Part shown: piece by piece, positions 41,918 through 51,025 of the stretch | Numbering within the stretch: position 1 is the stretch's first letter | Layout: each line of letters opens with the position of its first letter | Source of the DNA: Candidatus Xenobia bacterium | GTDB taxonomy: Bacteria; Vulcanimicrobiota; Xenobia; Xenobiales; QWHO01 | Length of the DNA: 64,000 bases | Direction of reading: 5' to 3' | NCBI GenBank assembly: GCA_045863235.1 | Contig: BTUM01000008.1 | Location: 32,001-96,000 of the forward strand | The notes under the pieces: model-generated | What the model was told of the DNA's origin: nothing | Database searches by the model: none | The model's input: the letters and a program-made list of their open reading frames with translations, nothing else | Program-made: the position numbers and the translations under genes

Positions 41918-43564
41918 TCAGATTCCTGCTCCCCCCGGCTGGCGGCTGCTGGCCACCAGAACGAACAGAAAGAGCGCGCAGGCAACCAGCAGGTTCAGCC
42001 AGCGATTCTTGACCAGGATCTCGTCGGCAGCGGCCAGGGCGGTGTCAGCCGGCACCTCGTAGACAAGCAAAAAGCCGTCCACCGGCAGGTTGGCTCCCAC
42101 CACATCCTGACCTGCCTCGTTGACATAGCGGCTGACGGCGGGCAACTCCTCCCGGCCGGGCAGAGTTAGCCGGAAACCCTCTGCCAGCCGATCTTCCAGC
42201 CTGGAGCGAGGAAGGACCCCGGCCAAAAAGCGATTCGGGTCGGGCCTGGCAGCGACCAGCAGGAAATGATCTCCGGGGGGCATCAGCACCTTCCCGCTGG
42301 GAGCGCCCAGCGGAGCGCTCCAGGGTGTGAGCGACTGGAGCACGTTCCCCGAGCTGTCGAGCAGCAACAGGTTCTCGAAACCCTCGACCGCCTCGAGAGG
42401 AGCCTGGCTCTGCGCCAGGCGATTGAGCGCTTCGCGGTAGGGTGAGAGCTCGCGAAGCAGCTCGCTGCGGGCCATCTGGCACACCTGCTGGACGCGGTGC
42501 TTGACCTCCACGGCCAGTAGGGTACGCGTCTTCAGGGTCAGATAAGTGTTCACGAAGAGCGGAAAAAAAGCCAGCAGCAAGAGGCTCAAGGCTACCAGGG
42601 GTCGGGCCAGGAAGCGCTCCAGGCGGTAGCGTCGGGTCCAGGGCCGCCGGCAGAGCAGCGGCTCGCGAGCCTGCCAGCGTTGCAGGTCGTCCACCACCTC
42701 GTGCATCGAGGGGGTGCGCGAGATGGGATCGACCCGAAGGCAGCATTCGAGGATGCAGGCCAGCTCCGGGTCGACCTCCGGGCGAAGCTCGCGCACCGGC
42801 GTAAGAGACCTGGAGGTGAGCAGCTTCTTGTAGAGGTCCAGTTGCTCCAGAGTGTTGGCGCTGGAGCGCAGCGAGGCCTGGTCTTCCTCTGACAACCGCG
42901 GGTAGCGCTCGGTCAAGAGCGCGTAACAAGTCGCCCCGAAGCTGTAGACGTCCCAGGAAACGTCAGGCACCGCCTCGGCTCGCACCTGCTCAGGAGGCAT
43001 GAAGCCGAGGGTTCCAAAGGCCGCGCTCCTCTCGCTCTGGCTGCGCGACTGGCCAAAATCGGACAGGCGAACCCTTTGCTCTTCGTCGAGCAAAACATTG
43101 GACGGCTTCAAGTCACAGTGCAACACGCCCTTGTCGTGCAGGTAGCGAAGGGCGGTGGCCAGCTGCTGGATCCAGCTGACGGCCGTCTTGAGCGGGGGGC
43201 GCAGCTCGTTATCGAGAGAGCGCGCGAGCAGTGGCATGACGTAGAAGGGAGGATCATGCTCCAGGTCGGCATCCAACAAGCTGACCACGAAGGGATGACT
43301 GGCCACCTCGCGCAAACGGGCGACCTCCAGCCTGAGGTAATCAAAATCCAGGCCGGAGCGTCGAAAGAACTTGATCGCCACGTGTTGACCGGTGCGCAGC
43401 TGCACCGCTGCCCACACCTCACCGAACGAGCCTACGCCCAGCCGACACTCCAGCCGATAGCCCGGCGGCGTAGCCGGCGTTTCCCCCGATTCGGTACGGG
43501 CCTGCTCGAGCTGATCGGGAGCCTGAACGACAGTGGCCTCCGGAGGCGGGTCGTCGGGGAGCAT
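41918..43564 (-). CDS. Non-RD Ser/Thr kinase with a TM-extracytoplasmic (Cache-like)-TM region
   Basis: LGVGSFGEVW, VAIK, HCDLKPSN, DFG, GTLGFMPPE; two TM segments. Confidence 0.88.
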   Translation of the reverse strand: MLPDDPPPEATVVQAPDQLEQARTESGETPATPPGYRLECRLGVGSFGEVWAAVQLRTGQHVAIKFFRRSGLDFDYLRLEVARLREVASHPFVVSLLDADLEHDPPFYVMPLLARSLDNELRPPLKTAVSWIQQLATALRYLHDKGVLHCDLKPSNVLLDEEQRVRLSDFGQSRSQSERSAAFGTLGFMPPEQVRAEAVPDVSWDVYSFGATCYALLTERYPRLSEEDQASLRSSANTLEQLDLYKKLLTSRSLTPVRELRPEVDPELACILECCLRVDPISRTPSMHEVVDDLQRWQAREPLLCRRPWTRRYRLERFLARPLVALSLLLLAFFPLFVNTYLTLKTRTLLAVEVKHRVQQVCQMARSELLRELSPYREALNRLAQSQAPLEAVEGFENLLLLDSSGNVLQSLTPWSAPLGAPSGKVLMPPGDHFLLVAARPDPNRFLAGVLPRSRLEDRLAEGFRLTLPGREELPAVSRYVNEAGQDVVGANLPVDGFLLVYEVPADTALAAADEILVKNRWLNLLVACALFLFVLVASSRQPGGAGI

Positions 43565-43637
43565 GCCAGCCGATTCCCCTCCGGCAGGGGGTCGTCCTTT
43601 TCAGACCAGCTTCAGGCTGCTTTGCTAACATCTGGTC

Positions 43638-44294
43638 ATGCAGATGGCCAGTATCGGGGTGGCGTCTCATTTGCCGATGACCCGCCCGGGGGCGAGCTAC
43701 TCGCCACCGGAAGGGAAACTCATCCAGGAGACCTTTTCCTCCCTGGAATCCCCCGAAGATCTCCCCCGCGCTCTGGCGGCCCTGAAGTCGCTGGGCCAGA
43801 CCTCAGATGAGCAGTTGAGCAAGCTCGTGCACGTGACCCTTTCGGCCGTGGTGGCGGCGGGCGGCGCCGGTCCGCTGGCTCTGGCTCTCTGCAAGGCAGC
43901 CTTCTCGGCCCTGCAAGAGCCCGGCCTCAAACCCGCCACCCTGGCCGCCCGCCTGGCCGCACCCCTGACCAGGAGCGAGCAGAACCCCGTGATGGAGGCC
44001 ATCGCCCGGGCCGTCACCCCCTTCTACGGCATGGCTCCTGGCACCCAGAAGCTGGTGGATGACGTGCACCTGTTCCTCAGCCCCATCCACGACGGCGCCG
44101 ATGGCAACGACCCGGCGGGGCGGATCAAGTGCGTCCGGGGCAGCCTGGAGAAGCTGAGCGAGCTCGACGACGACCGGTCCTATGCCGGCTACCTCTGCCG
44201 CGAGAGCCGCGACGGTGCCGGTGGTGGCCAGGTCGGCGAGCTGGCCGGCCGGGCCTTCGTAGGCGGGGTACTGGTCCGCCGCCGAGCCAGCTGA
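43638..44294 (+). CDS. Hypothetical helical protein
   Basis: 218-aa ORF filling the gap, GC-rich third positions; no recognisable family. Confidence 0.65.
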   Translation: MQMASIGVASHLPMTRPGASYSPPEGKLIQETFSSLESPEDLPRALAALKSLGQTSDEQLSKLVHVTLSAVVAAGGAGPLALALCKAAFSALQEPGLKPATLAARLAAPLTRSEQNPVMEAIARAVTPFYGMAPGTQKLVDDVHLFLSPIHDGADGNDPAGRIKCVRGSLEKLSELDDDRSYAGYLCRESRDGAGGGQVGELAGRAFVGGVLVRRRAS

Positions 44295-44458
44295 CCTGCA
44301 GGAAGAGTTCACCGACGACTCTACCGGAGAACCTGATATGAGCGTACGGCGGATCCTGAGCCGCATTCAATTTTTTTGCCAGAAACCCTGACAAATGCAG
44401 GACTCGCGCCCACTGTAAGGGAAGGGCAACCAGAATTCCTCTGCGGATTCGCCCGATC

Positions 44459-47400
44459 ATGCGTCCTCATGCCGCGCGGCTACGAAGGTTCGTTCTCCGG
44501 GCCCTGACCCTCGGACTGGCTCTGGGAGTCGTGGCCCTGCTGCTGCTTTTCCTCTTCTTCACGCCTTTGGTGCGCATGGCTCTGGGCCCACTGACGCGAG
44601 AACTGGACGGCCGTCTCGTCTTCGACCGGGCCCGGCCTGGTCTGGGCGAGATCGTGCTGGACAACCTGCGAGTCGAGTCCAGGCAAGACGGCCTGGTGCT
44701 GGAGGCCTCCAGCTTGCAGGTCGGCCTGCACCCCCTGGCCTACCTCTCCAGCGGTGACGGGGCCGCCCTGGTAGGCGACATCCGCGTCCACAAGCCGGTG
44801 CTGACCCTGCGCGTCGACTCTGATGGGGTACTCAACCTCAGCCGGCTGTTCCGCCCCCGTCCCCCCGGTCGTCCCTGGCTGGCGCGCTACCGGGGTCGCA
44901 TCCAGGTCACGGACGGCACCAGCTTTTACCGTGATGAGCGGCGTAACCTGTTCGTCTACCAGGCGGGCTTCCAAGGTTTGCTGCAGACGGCCGGGTCGAA
45001 TCCAATGGCAACCCTCGAGCTGACCGTGCAACCGGTCCAGCAGCTGCCGGGAGAGCTCAAGCTGACCGGTTCCCTGGGCCGGGAGGCTCCCGTCCTCGCT
45101 CTGCGCCTCCTCGTGGAGAACCTCGAGCTGAAGCCCTTCTCCGGATACCCGGGCCTGCAGGGCCTGGCCAGCCTTTCCGGGGGCCAGCTCGACGGCGACC
45201 TCCAGGTAGCCGGCCGCGCGAGCAGTTTCGCCGGCCTTCCCAGGGCTCTCTCCTGGTCGGGCAGCCTCCGACTGGCGAGCGGCGCGCTCAGCGCCAATGC
45301 CCTTCCCTGGCCGCTCGAGCAACTGAACGGTCAGGCAACCCTGATGGGCAACGCGTTGCACCTGGAATCCTTCCGGGGGCAAGCCGACGGCACGCCATTC
45401 CAGGTGCGCGGCGACGTTTTCCTACCTCCCCGACTGTGGCTCGATCTGCAAGCCGACTTCCCCAGAATCCAGGCCCACCGTCTGCGTGAGCTGATCCCCC
45501 GGGCTCCGGAGCTGAAAGGCGAAGCCCGACTCGAGCTTTCCCTCGAGGGCTCGAGTCGCAATCCCGAGCTACGAGGCACGGTTCGCTCGGCCCACCTTGG
45601 CAACGGAGAGCAAGAGCTGCACGATCTCGATCTCAGCTTCCGCCTCTCCGAGCGCCTGCTGGAGGTGGAGCAGGCCAGCGCCAGGGCGGCTGGAGGGCAG
45701 CTCTGGGGCAGCGGGTTCGTATTCCTCGATCAGAAGGCCTTGCTGCTCGAGCTGGGCGGCGATCACGCCTCTCTCCAGGAGCTATCCCCTGACCTGAAAG
45801 GCCAGGCCAGCTTCCAGGCCTCGGTGCTGGGAACCCTGGCCGAGCCAATGGTCCAGGGCTCAGCTGAGGTGCTGGCCTTCCAGGGGCTGGGCCAGGTGCT
45901 CGACTCGGCCCACACCAACTTCTTCTTCGGCGCGGATACGCTGCTTTTGCGCTCGGCCACGGTGGCCCGAGGCGGCACCGAGATCCGCCTTCCGGGCGCT
46001 TACCTCGACTTCAAGGACGGCTACCTCGCCGCCGGGGTGGAAGCCGAGCAGGTGGCCTTCCCGCCCCTGACCATTCGGGGGCGCAAGCTGACCGGCAGCC
46101 TGAGCGGCAAGGGAATGCTCTGGGGGCTCTGGAACAAGCCTTCCGAGCTGACTGCTCGAGGGACGCTGCGCGGCTCGAGCCTGGCCATGAGCGGCCACGA
46201 GCTGAGCGACCTGGCCGGCGCCTTCCTCCTGTCCGGCGGGCGGCTCTATTTCCCTCACCTGAACGGACGCATCGAGCAGGGCCAGGTGGAAGTGGCTGGC
46301 AGCTATGGCCTCAAGGGCCAGGACAGTCGCCTGGCCATGCACGGCACCGACCTGCCGGGACGAATCTTGCACGACCTGCTGGCCCTGCCGCTCACCTTCA
46401 CCTCCCCGATCCAGGCCCGGCTCCTCTACGTCGACACCGGGCCGGACTGGTTCGAAGCCGTGGCCGGCAACCATGAGGGCCGGCTGGCCACTGAAGGCGT
46501 GCGGCGTCAGGATGAATCGCTTGAGGCGATGGTCTGGGCCGATCAGGTCGACCTGCGCGTGCTGGGTATGCCGGCCTTCCACCGGGTGGCCGAGGAGTTC
46601 ACCGGACTGGTCGGATTGGAAGGCCCGGCCCGAGCCTTCTCCTTCATCGCCAGCGGCGAGTTGGCGGGCCCCCAACTGGGCCTGACCAGCCCGGTCGAGC
46701 TGAACACCTGGGGAAAGCGCCAGGGCACCGTGCTGAAGCTCGAGCAGGGTTATCTCGCCTGGGATTATCCCCCCACCCGCTCGGTGGCCACCACCGGCGT
46801 GCACGGCCAGGCCTACCCCTTCCCCGGCCCGATCTTCGCCCCCCCGCTGCACAAGGTCAGCCTGGGGGAATTCTCCACCCCCACCTGGGGCCTGCTGAGC
46901 TTGCGCGGCACCATCGACCTGGCTGCCCGCCAGGTGGATCTGCGCTACAAGGCTCAAGACATCGAGCTGGGCTGGCTGGCCTCTCGCCCCTGGCTGGACA
47001 GGCGGCGCACCCTGAACCAGGCTCTGGACCATCACGTGGCTGCCGGCGTGGGCGACGCCACCGGCACGGTACGCGGCTCCTTCGCCATCCCCACGGTCAC
47101 GGGTCAGGTTGATCTACCCTGGATGGCCCTGGAGGGCGGGCAGGTCTACTCGGCCCGCGGGCGACTGAGCGGCAACCGCCGCCAGATGGCCTTCGAGCCC
47201 CTCTGGGTGAGCGCCCACCCCTTCGATTCCCGCCTGGGCCGTGGGCCCGGGGAAGACCTGATGGAGGTGCGCGGGCGGGTGGCCTTCGACTCGAAAGCGC
47301 CCTCCGAGCTCACGTTCAGCACCCGTGGCTTTGATGCGCCCCGGGCGGTGGCTCTCCTGCCCGAGCGATTCTCAACGCCCTTTGGTCGCCTCTACGGACA

Positions 47401-50218
47401 GGTCTCCTTCGATCGGCTGCGCCTGACCGGCCCCCTGTCGCGACCGGCCATGGCCGGTCAGTTGCAGATGCGCCGCGGAGGTCTGCCGCTGCAGGATCGA
47501 ATCTTCCCGCTCGACAGCCTGCTCGTCGACTTCAAGAGCCAGGCAGGCGAGTTCGCCATCTCGCGCCTGGAGCTCGAGTCCGGCCAGTTGCGCATGCTGG
47601 GCAGCGGGAACCGTACCGCCTCGGGCGACTACGTGGCCCAGCTCTACTCGCACGACGTGCCGATGAGCTACTTCCACGGCCTGGGCGCACCCTTCACGGC
47701 CCTGAGCGGCAGCGCCGACCTGACCTTGCGGCTGCAGACCCGGGGCCGGCAGCCGGTCGCCTACCTGGGCCTGGAGTCCGACCAGCTCGCCTGGAGCCCG
47801 TCAGCCCTGACAGGACTGCCGGGCAACTCCATGCTGCTCGACCAGGTGCGTCTGGGCGGCCTGCAGCGCAACGCCGATGGCACCCTCTCCACGGGCTCGG
47901 GCCACGGGATCGAGCTGGCCTGGAGCGGCACCCGCGCCACCCTGGACATTCCACCCGACTCGCTCGGTTTCCAGACGGACGGAGCCAGCTTCACGGCCCA
48001 GGGCTCGGTCAGCTTCCAGCCGCTAAAGCCCGACGACCGGCTCTCCGACTGGTTCAAGTCGCCCGCCGGGCCCGATTTCGGGCCACTGGGCACGGGGCCA
48101 TTCCAGGCCCGCATGGAGAATTTTACCATGAGCCAGCTGGCTGGCCTGCTCGGCCTGACCACCGACCTGGAGGGCCAGCTGAGCGGCACGGTCAGCCTGG
48201 AAGGCCAGTGGTACCGCGACCTGGAGACCCTGGGTGTCAGTCGGCTGCCCCAGTACGGCTTCGAGGTGCGCTCGCTGGAGCTGGCTCGCCAGCTCCAGGA
48301 GAGGCGGCTGGCTCTGAGTCTGGACGGTCCGGCCACCCTGAGCTTCGGGCGCGAGGGACCCAATGCCGTGCTGAGCCTGAGCCCGACCCGCCTCAAGGCC
48401 AACGGCGGGTTCCTGGAGGCGATGGGCCAGCTGGTGCTGGCAGGCAACAAGGACAGCAGCCTGACCGCGACGGTGCGGGACATGCCCCTGGAAGCCCTGG
48501 CCTGGTTGTATCCCACCGCGGCCACGGTGCGGGGCCACGTGGAGCAGCTCGACCTGAAGCTGCAGGGCCTCCTGCCCACGCCCGATCTGGATGTTTCTTT
48601 CCGAGCGGTGCGCGAGAGCGAACTGGTCAAGGGCGTCGAGCTCTCTCTGGCCGGCCAGGTGAGCGGCCGCCCCCAGAGCAACGGCAGCTACCTGGTCGAC
48701 TTCGGCTCGCCTGGGGCCATTCTCACCATCGGCTCCGCCGTGCGAGCGGCCGAGCACCTGACACTGGGAGGCCAGGTCCCCCTGCGCTGGGTGCGCGAAG
48801 CGGCCAACCTGCCGGACCGGCTCAACTGGGCCTGGGACGGGCTGCGCCTGCGTAGCGACGGGGAAATGAGCCTCTCGGCCCACATCGAGGACCAGAACAT
48901 GCAGCTTCTGGACACAATCCTGCCCCAGGTATCCCAGGCCTCGGGCAAGGTGCAGGGGCGACTCGACCTGACCGGCACCCTGGAGCTTCCCAAGGTGCAG
49001 GGAGGGCTGAGCATCGAGAACGCCAGTCTCTCAACCAGCCTGTTCCCCCAGCCGATTACCAACCTGAACGTGCAGACACGATTCGAGCAGATCCGTCCTG
49101 AAGAGGCCGAGGTGGTGGCTGGCGGCGAGAGCTATCAGGGGATGTTCCGCAGCCGCTACTCCATTGACCGCTTCGACGGCCTGATCGGCGGCCATCCGTT
49201 CCAGGTGACCGGCAAGGCCGAGTTGGCCGGCTTCGAGCCCACCTTCCTCAACCTGGGCCTGACCGGCCAGGGTATCCCCCTGCAGCAGGAGCGCTTCCAG
49301 GGCACCGCCGACGTGGCCCTCACCCTGGAGGCCCGCCCCGGCCGGACCCGGGAGAATCCCAACCTGAGTCTCATCCCGGTGGTCACGGGGCAAGTCAACC
49401 TGCCATCCGGCGATCTCACCTTGCAGCTCAGCGATGCCCAGCAGGAGCTGAGCACCTACCGACTGCCCCTGCGCTACGACGTGGACCTGGTTCTGGGGGA
49501 CAACTTCTGGGTGCACGTGGGCGACTCGCGCGTGCGCGCCCAGGGCAACCTGAAGCTGCAGCCCGACTCGGTCACCCGGGCACCCGTGCTCTCGGGACAG
49601 GCCTTTTTGTCTCGGGGCCTGTTGCAGATCCCCTTCTACAACGTGAGCTTCAACATTCGCCAGGGTTGGGCTTACTGGGATCGCAGCCTGATCCCGACGC
49701 TCGAGAACGTGGAAGCGGATACCACCATCGGCGGCTACCAGATCATGGCCCGCATCGACGGCCAGTATCCCAACCTGAAGCTGGACCTGTTCTCCAACCC
49801 GCCCCTGGCCCAGAACCAGCTGCTGCGGATGGTGGCTGTCAGCGGCCTGCCCGGCGGAGGCAGCGAGGTGGGCTCGACCAGCATCCCGATGGACAACTTC
49901 CTGCAGGCCCAGGGGTTGGCGGTGCTCTCGGGATTGATCGCCAGCCCGATCACCCAGCAGATCAGCAAGGTGCTCTTCTTGTCGGAGGTCAGCTTCGACT
50001 ACCAGCTGCCGGCCACGTACGTGGTCAAACTGGCCAAGGCGCTCGACTCCTACGACCGCGTTCTGCTGACGCTGACCCGCATCCTGTACGGCAATGGTCT
50101 TGCCGAGAGTCTCTACGGGCTGGAGTGGCGCTTTCAGCCCAACCTGCTGACCCGGGTGGCCATGGACGACCTGGGGGGGATGCGCTTCTGGTTCCAGGGA
50201 ATCTTCAGCTGGTGGTAG
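44459..50218 (+). CDS. TamB/AsmA-like translocation and assembly protein
   Basis: N-terminal TM anchor, long beta-taco-like repeats, C-terminal DUF490-like segment (LFSNPPL.Q..LL). Confidence 0.85.
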   Translation: MRPHAARLRRFVLRALTLGLALGVVALLLLFLFFTPLVRMALGPLTRELDGRLVFDRARPGLGEIVLDNLRVESRQDGLVLEASSLQVGLHPLAYLSSGDGAALVGDIRVHKPVLTLRVDSDGVLNLSRLFRPRPPGRPWLARYRGRIQVTDGTSFYRDERRNLFVYQAGFQGLLQTAGSNPMATLELTVQPVQQLPGELKLTGSLGREAPVLALRLLVENLELKPFSGYPGLQGLASLSGGQLDGDLQVAGRASSFAGLPRALSWSGSLRLASGALSANALPWPLEQLNGQATLMGNALHLESFRGQADGTPFQVRGDVFLPPRLWLDLQADFPRIQAHRLRELIPRAPELKGEARLELSLEGSSRNPELRGTVRSAHLGNGEQELHDLDLSFRLSERLLEVEQASARAAGGQLWGSGFVFLDQKALLLELGGDHASLQELSPDLKGQASFQASVLGTLAEPMVQGSAEVLAFQGLGQVLDSAHTNFFFGADTLLLRSATVARGGTEIRLPGAYLDFKDGYLAAGVEAEQVAFPPLTIRGRKLTGSLSGKGMLWGLWNKPSELTARGTLRGSSLAMSGHELSDLAGAFLLSGGRLYFPHLNGRIEQGQVEVAGSYGLKGQDSRLAMHGTDLPGRILHDLLALPLTFTSPIQARLLYVDTGPDWFEAVAGNHEGRLATEGVRRQDESLEAMVWADQVDLRVLGMPAFHRVAEEFTGLVGLEGPARAFSFIASGELAGPQLGLTSPVELNTWGKRQGTVLKLEQGYLAWDYPPTRSVATTGVHGQAYPFPGPIFAPPLHKVSLGEFSTPTWGLLSLRGTIDLAARQVDLRYKAQDIELGWLASRPWLDRRRTLNQALDHHVAAGVGDATGTVRGSFAIPTVTGQVDLPWMALEGGQVYSARGRLSGNRRQMAFEPLWVSAHPFDSRLGRGPGEDLMEVRGRVAFDSKAPSELTFSTRGFDAPRAVALLPERFSTPFGRLYGQVSFDRLRLTGPLSRPAMAGQLQMRRGGLPLQDRIFPLDSLLVDFKSQAGEFAISRLELESGQLRMLGSGNRTASGDYVAQLYSHDVPMSYFHGLGAPFTALSGSADLTLRLQTRGRQPVAYLGLESDQLAWSPSALTGLPGNSMLLDQVRLGGLQRNADGTLSTGSGHGIELAWSGTRATLDIPPDSLGFQTDGASFTAQGSVSFQPLKPDDRLSDWFKSPAGPDFGPLGTGPFQARMENFTMSQLAGLLGLTTDLEGQLSGTVSLEGQWYRDLETLGVSRLPQYGFEVRSLELARQLQERRLALSLDGPATLSFGREGPNAVLSLSPTRLKANGGFLEAMGQLVLAGNKDSSLTATVRDMPLEALAWLYPTAATVRGHVEQLDLKLQGLLPTPDLDVSFRAVRESELVKGVELSLAGQVSGRPQSNGSYLVDFGSPGAILTIGSAVRAAEHLTLGGQVPLRWVREAANLPDRLNWAWDGLRLRSDGEMSLSAHIEDQNMQLLDTILPQVSQASGKVQGRLDLTGTLELPKVQGGLSIENASLSTSLFPQPITNLNVQTRFEQIRPEEAEVVAGGESYQGMFRSRYSIDRFDGLIGGHPFQVTGKAELAGFEPTFLNLGLTGQGIPLQQERFQGTADVALTLEARPGRTRENPNLSLIPVVTGQVNLPSGDLTLQLSDAQQELSTYRLPLRYDVDLVLGDNFWVHVGDSRVRAQGNLKLQPDSVTRAPVLSGQAFLSRGLLQIPFYNVSFNIRQGWAYWDRSLIPTLENVEADTTIGGYQIMARIDGQYPNLKLDLFSNPPLAQNQLLRMVAVSGLPGGGSEVGSTSIPMDNFLQAQGLAVLSGLIASPITQQISKVLFLSEVSFDYQLPATYVVKLAKALDSYDRVLLTLTRILYGNGLAESLYGLEWRFQPNLLTRVAMDDLGGMRFWFQGIFSWW

Positions 50219-50266
50219 GGTTCCAGCCGCGTGCAACCGAACCTTGGCCGTGAGCGGAGGGTGCCC

Positions 50267-51025
50267 ATGATCGAAGGGGGTGCGGCAGAGGTCGAGCGCG
50301 ACCTCGCCGCCGAACGAAGGCAGCTGGCACGGCGCAAGATCAAGGTCAAGAAGATCTTCGCCGCTGAGTTCACGCGCCCCGACGGGGTCAGCAAGAACTG
50401 CTTCGTGCACATCTACGACCTGCACGAAAGCGGCATGCGCATCCACTCCGACTTCTCGCTTCAAGATGGCGAGGTCTTCCCGGTTCGCATGGCTCTGGAC
50501 GAGCCCCTCGAGGTGCAGGTCGAGGTGGTCTGGCAGAAAGAGCTGATCGGCGGCATGCATGTTCTGGGGTTGAAGTTCACCGACCTGACCCGGGAACAGT
50601 CCACCCAGATCCAGCACTTCCTGGACAAGTACTCACCCGAGAACCGGCGCCGCAGCTACCGGCTCGACCGCATCCTCGTGGTGGAGATGGTCCTGGGCTC
50701 GACGCGCCAGAAGTTCGGGGTCTTCACACTGGACCTGTCGGCCTCCGGCATGCGCATCACCCACGAGTTTCCGCTGCCGGAAGACGTGGAGATCCATTTC
50801 CGCATCCTGCTCGAGTATGATCAGGATCCCATCGAGGTAACCGCCCGGGTGCAATGGCAGAAGGAGAATGCCTTCGGGCAGTTCTTGATCGGGGTCGAGT
50901 TCATCGAGATCGGCAGCGAGGCACGCCTGCGGGTCGAGCGCTTCATCGATCGGGCCATGGCCGGCGAGCTCGGCCAGGCCACCATCAACACCCTGGAGAA
51001 CTTCAGCGGGGACGGGCCGGCTTGA
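50267..51025 (+). CDS. Tandem PilZ-domain protein
   Basis: RRQLAR...DLHESGM and RRRSYR...DLSASGM; GGAGG RBS. Confidence 0.88.
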   Translation: MIEGGAAEVERDLAAERRQLARRKIKVKKIFAAEFTRPDGVSKNCFVHIYDLHESGMRIHSDFSLQDGEVFPVRMALDEPLEVQVEVVWQKELIGGMHVLGLKFTDLTREQSTQIQHFLDKYSPENRRRSYRLDRILVVEMVLGSTRQKFGVFTLDLSASGMRITHEFPLPEDVEIHFRILLEYDQDPIEVTARVQWQKENAFGQFLIGVEFIEIGSEARLRVERFIDRAMAGELGQATINTLENFSGDGPA

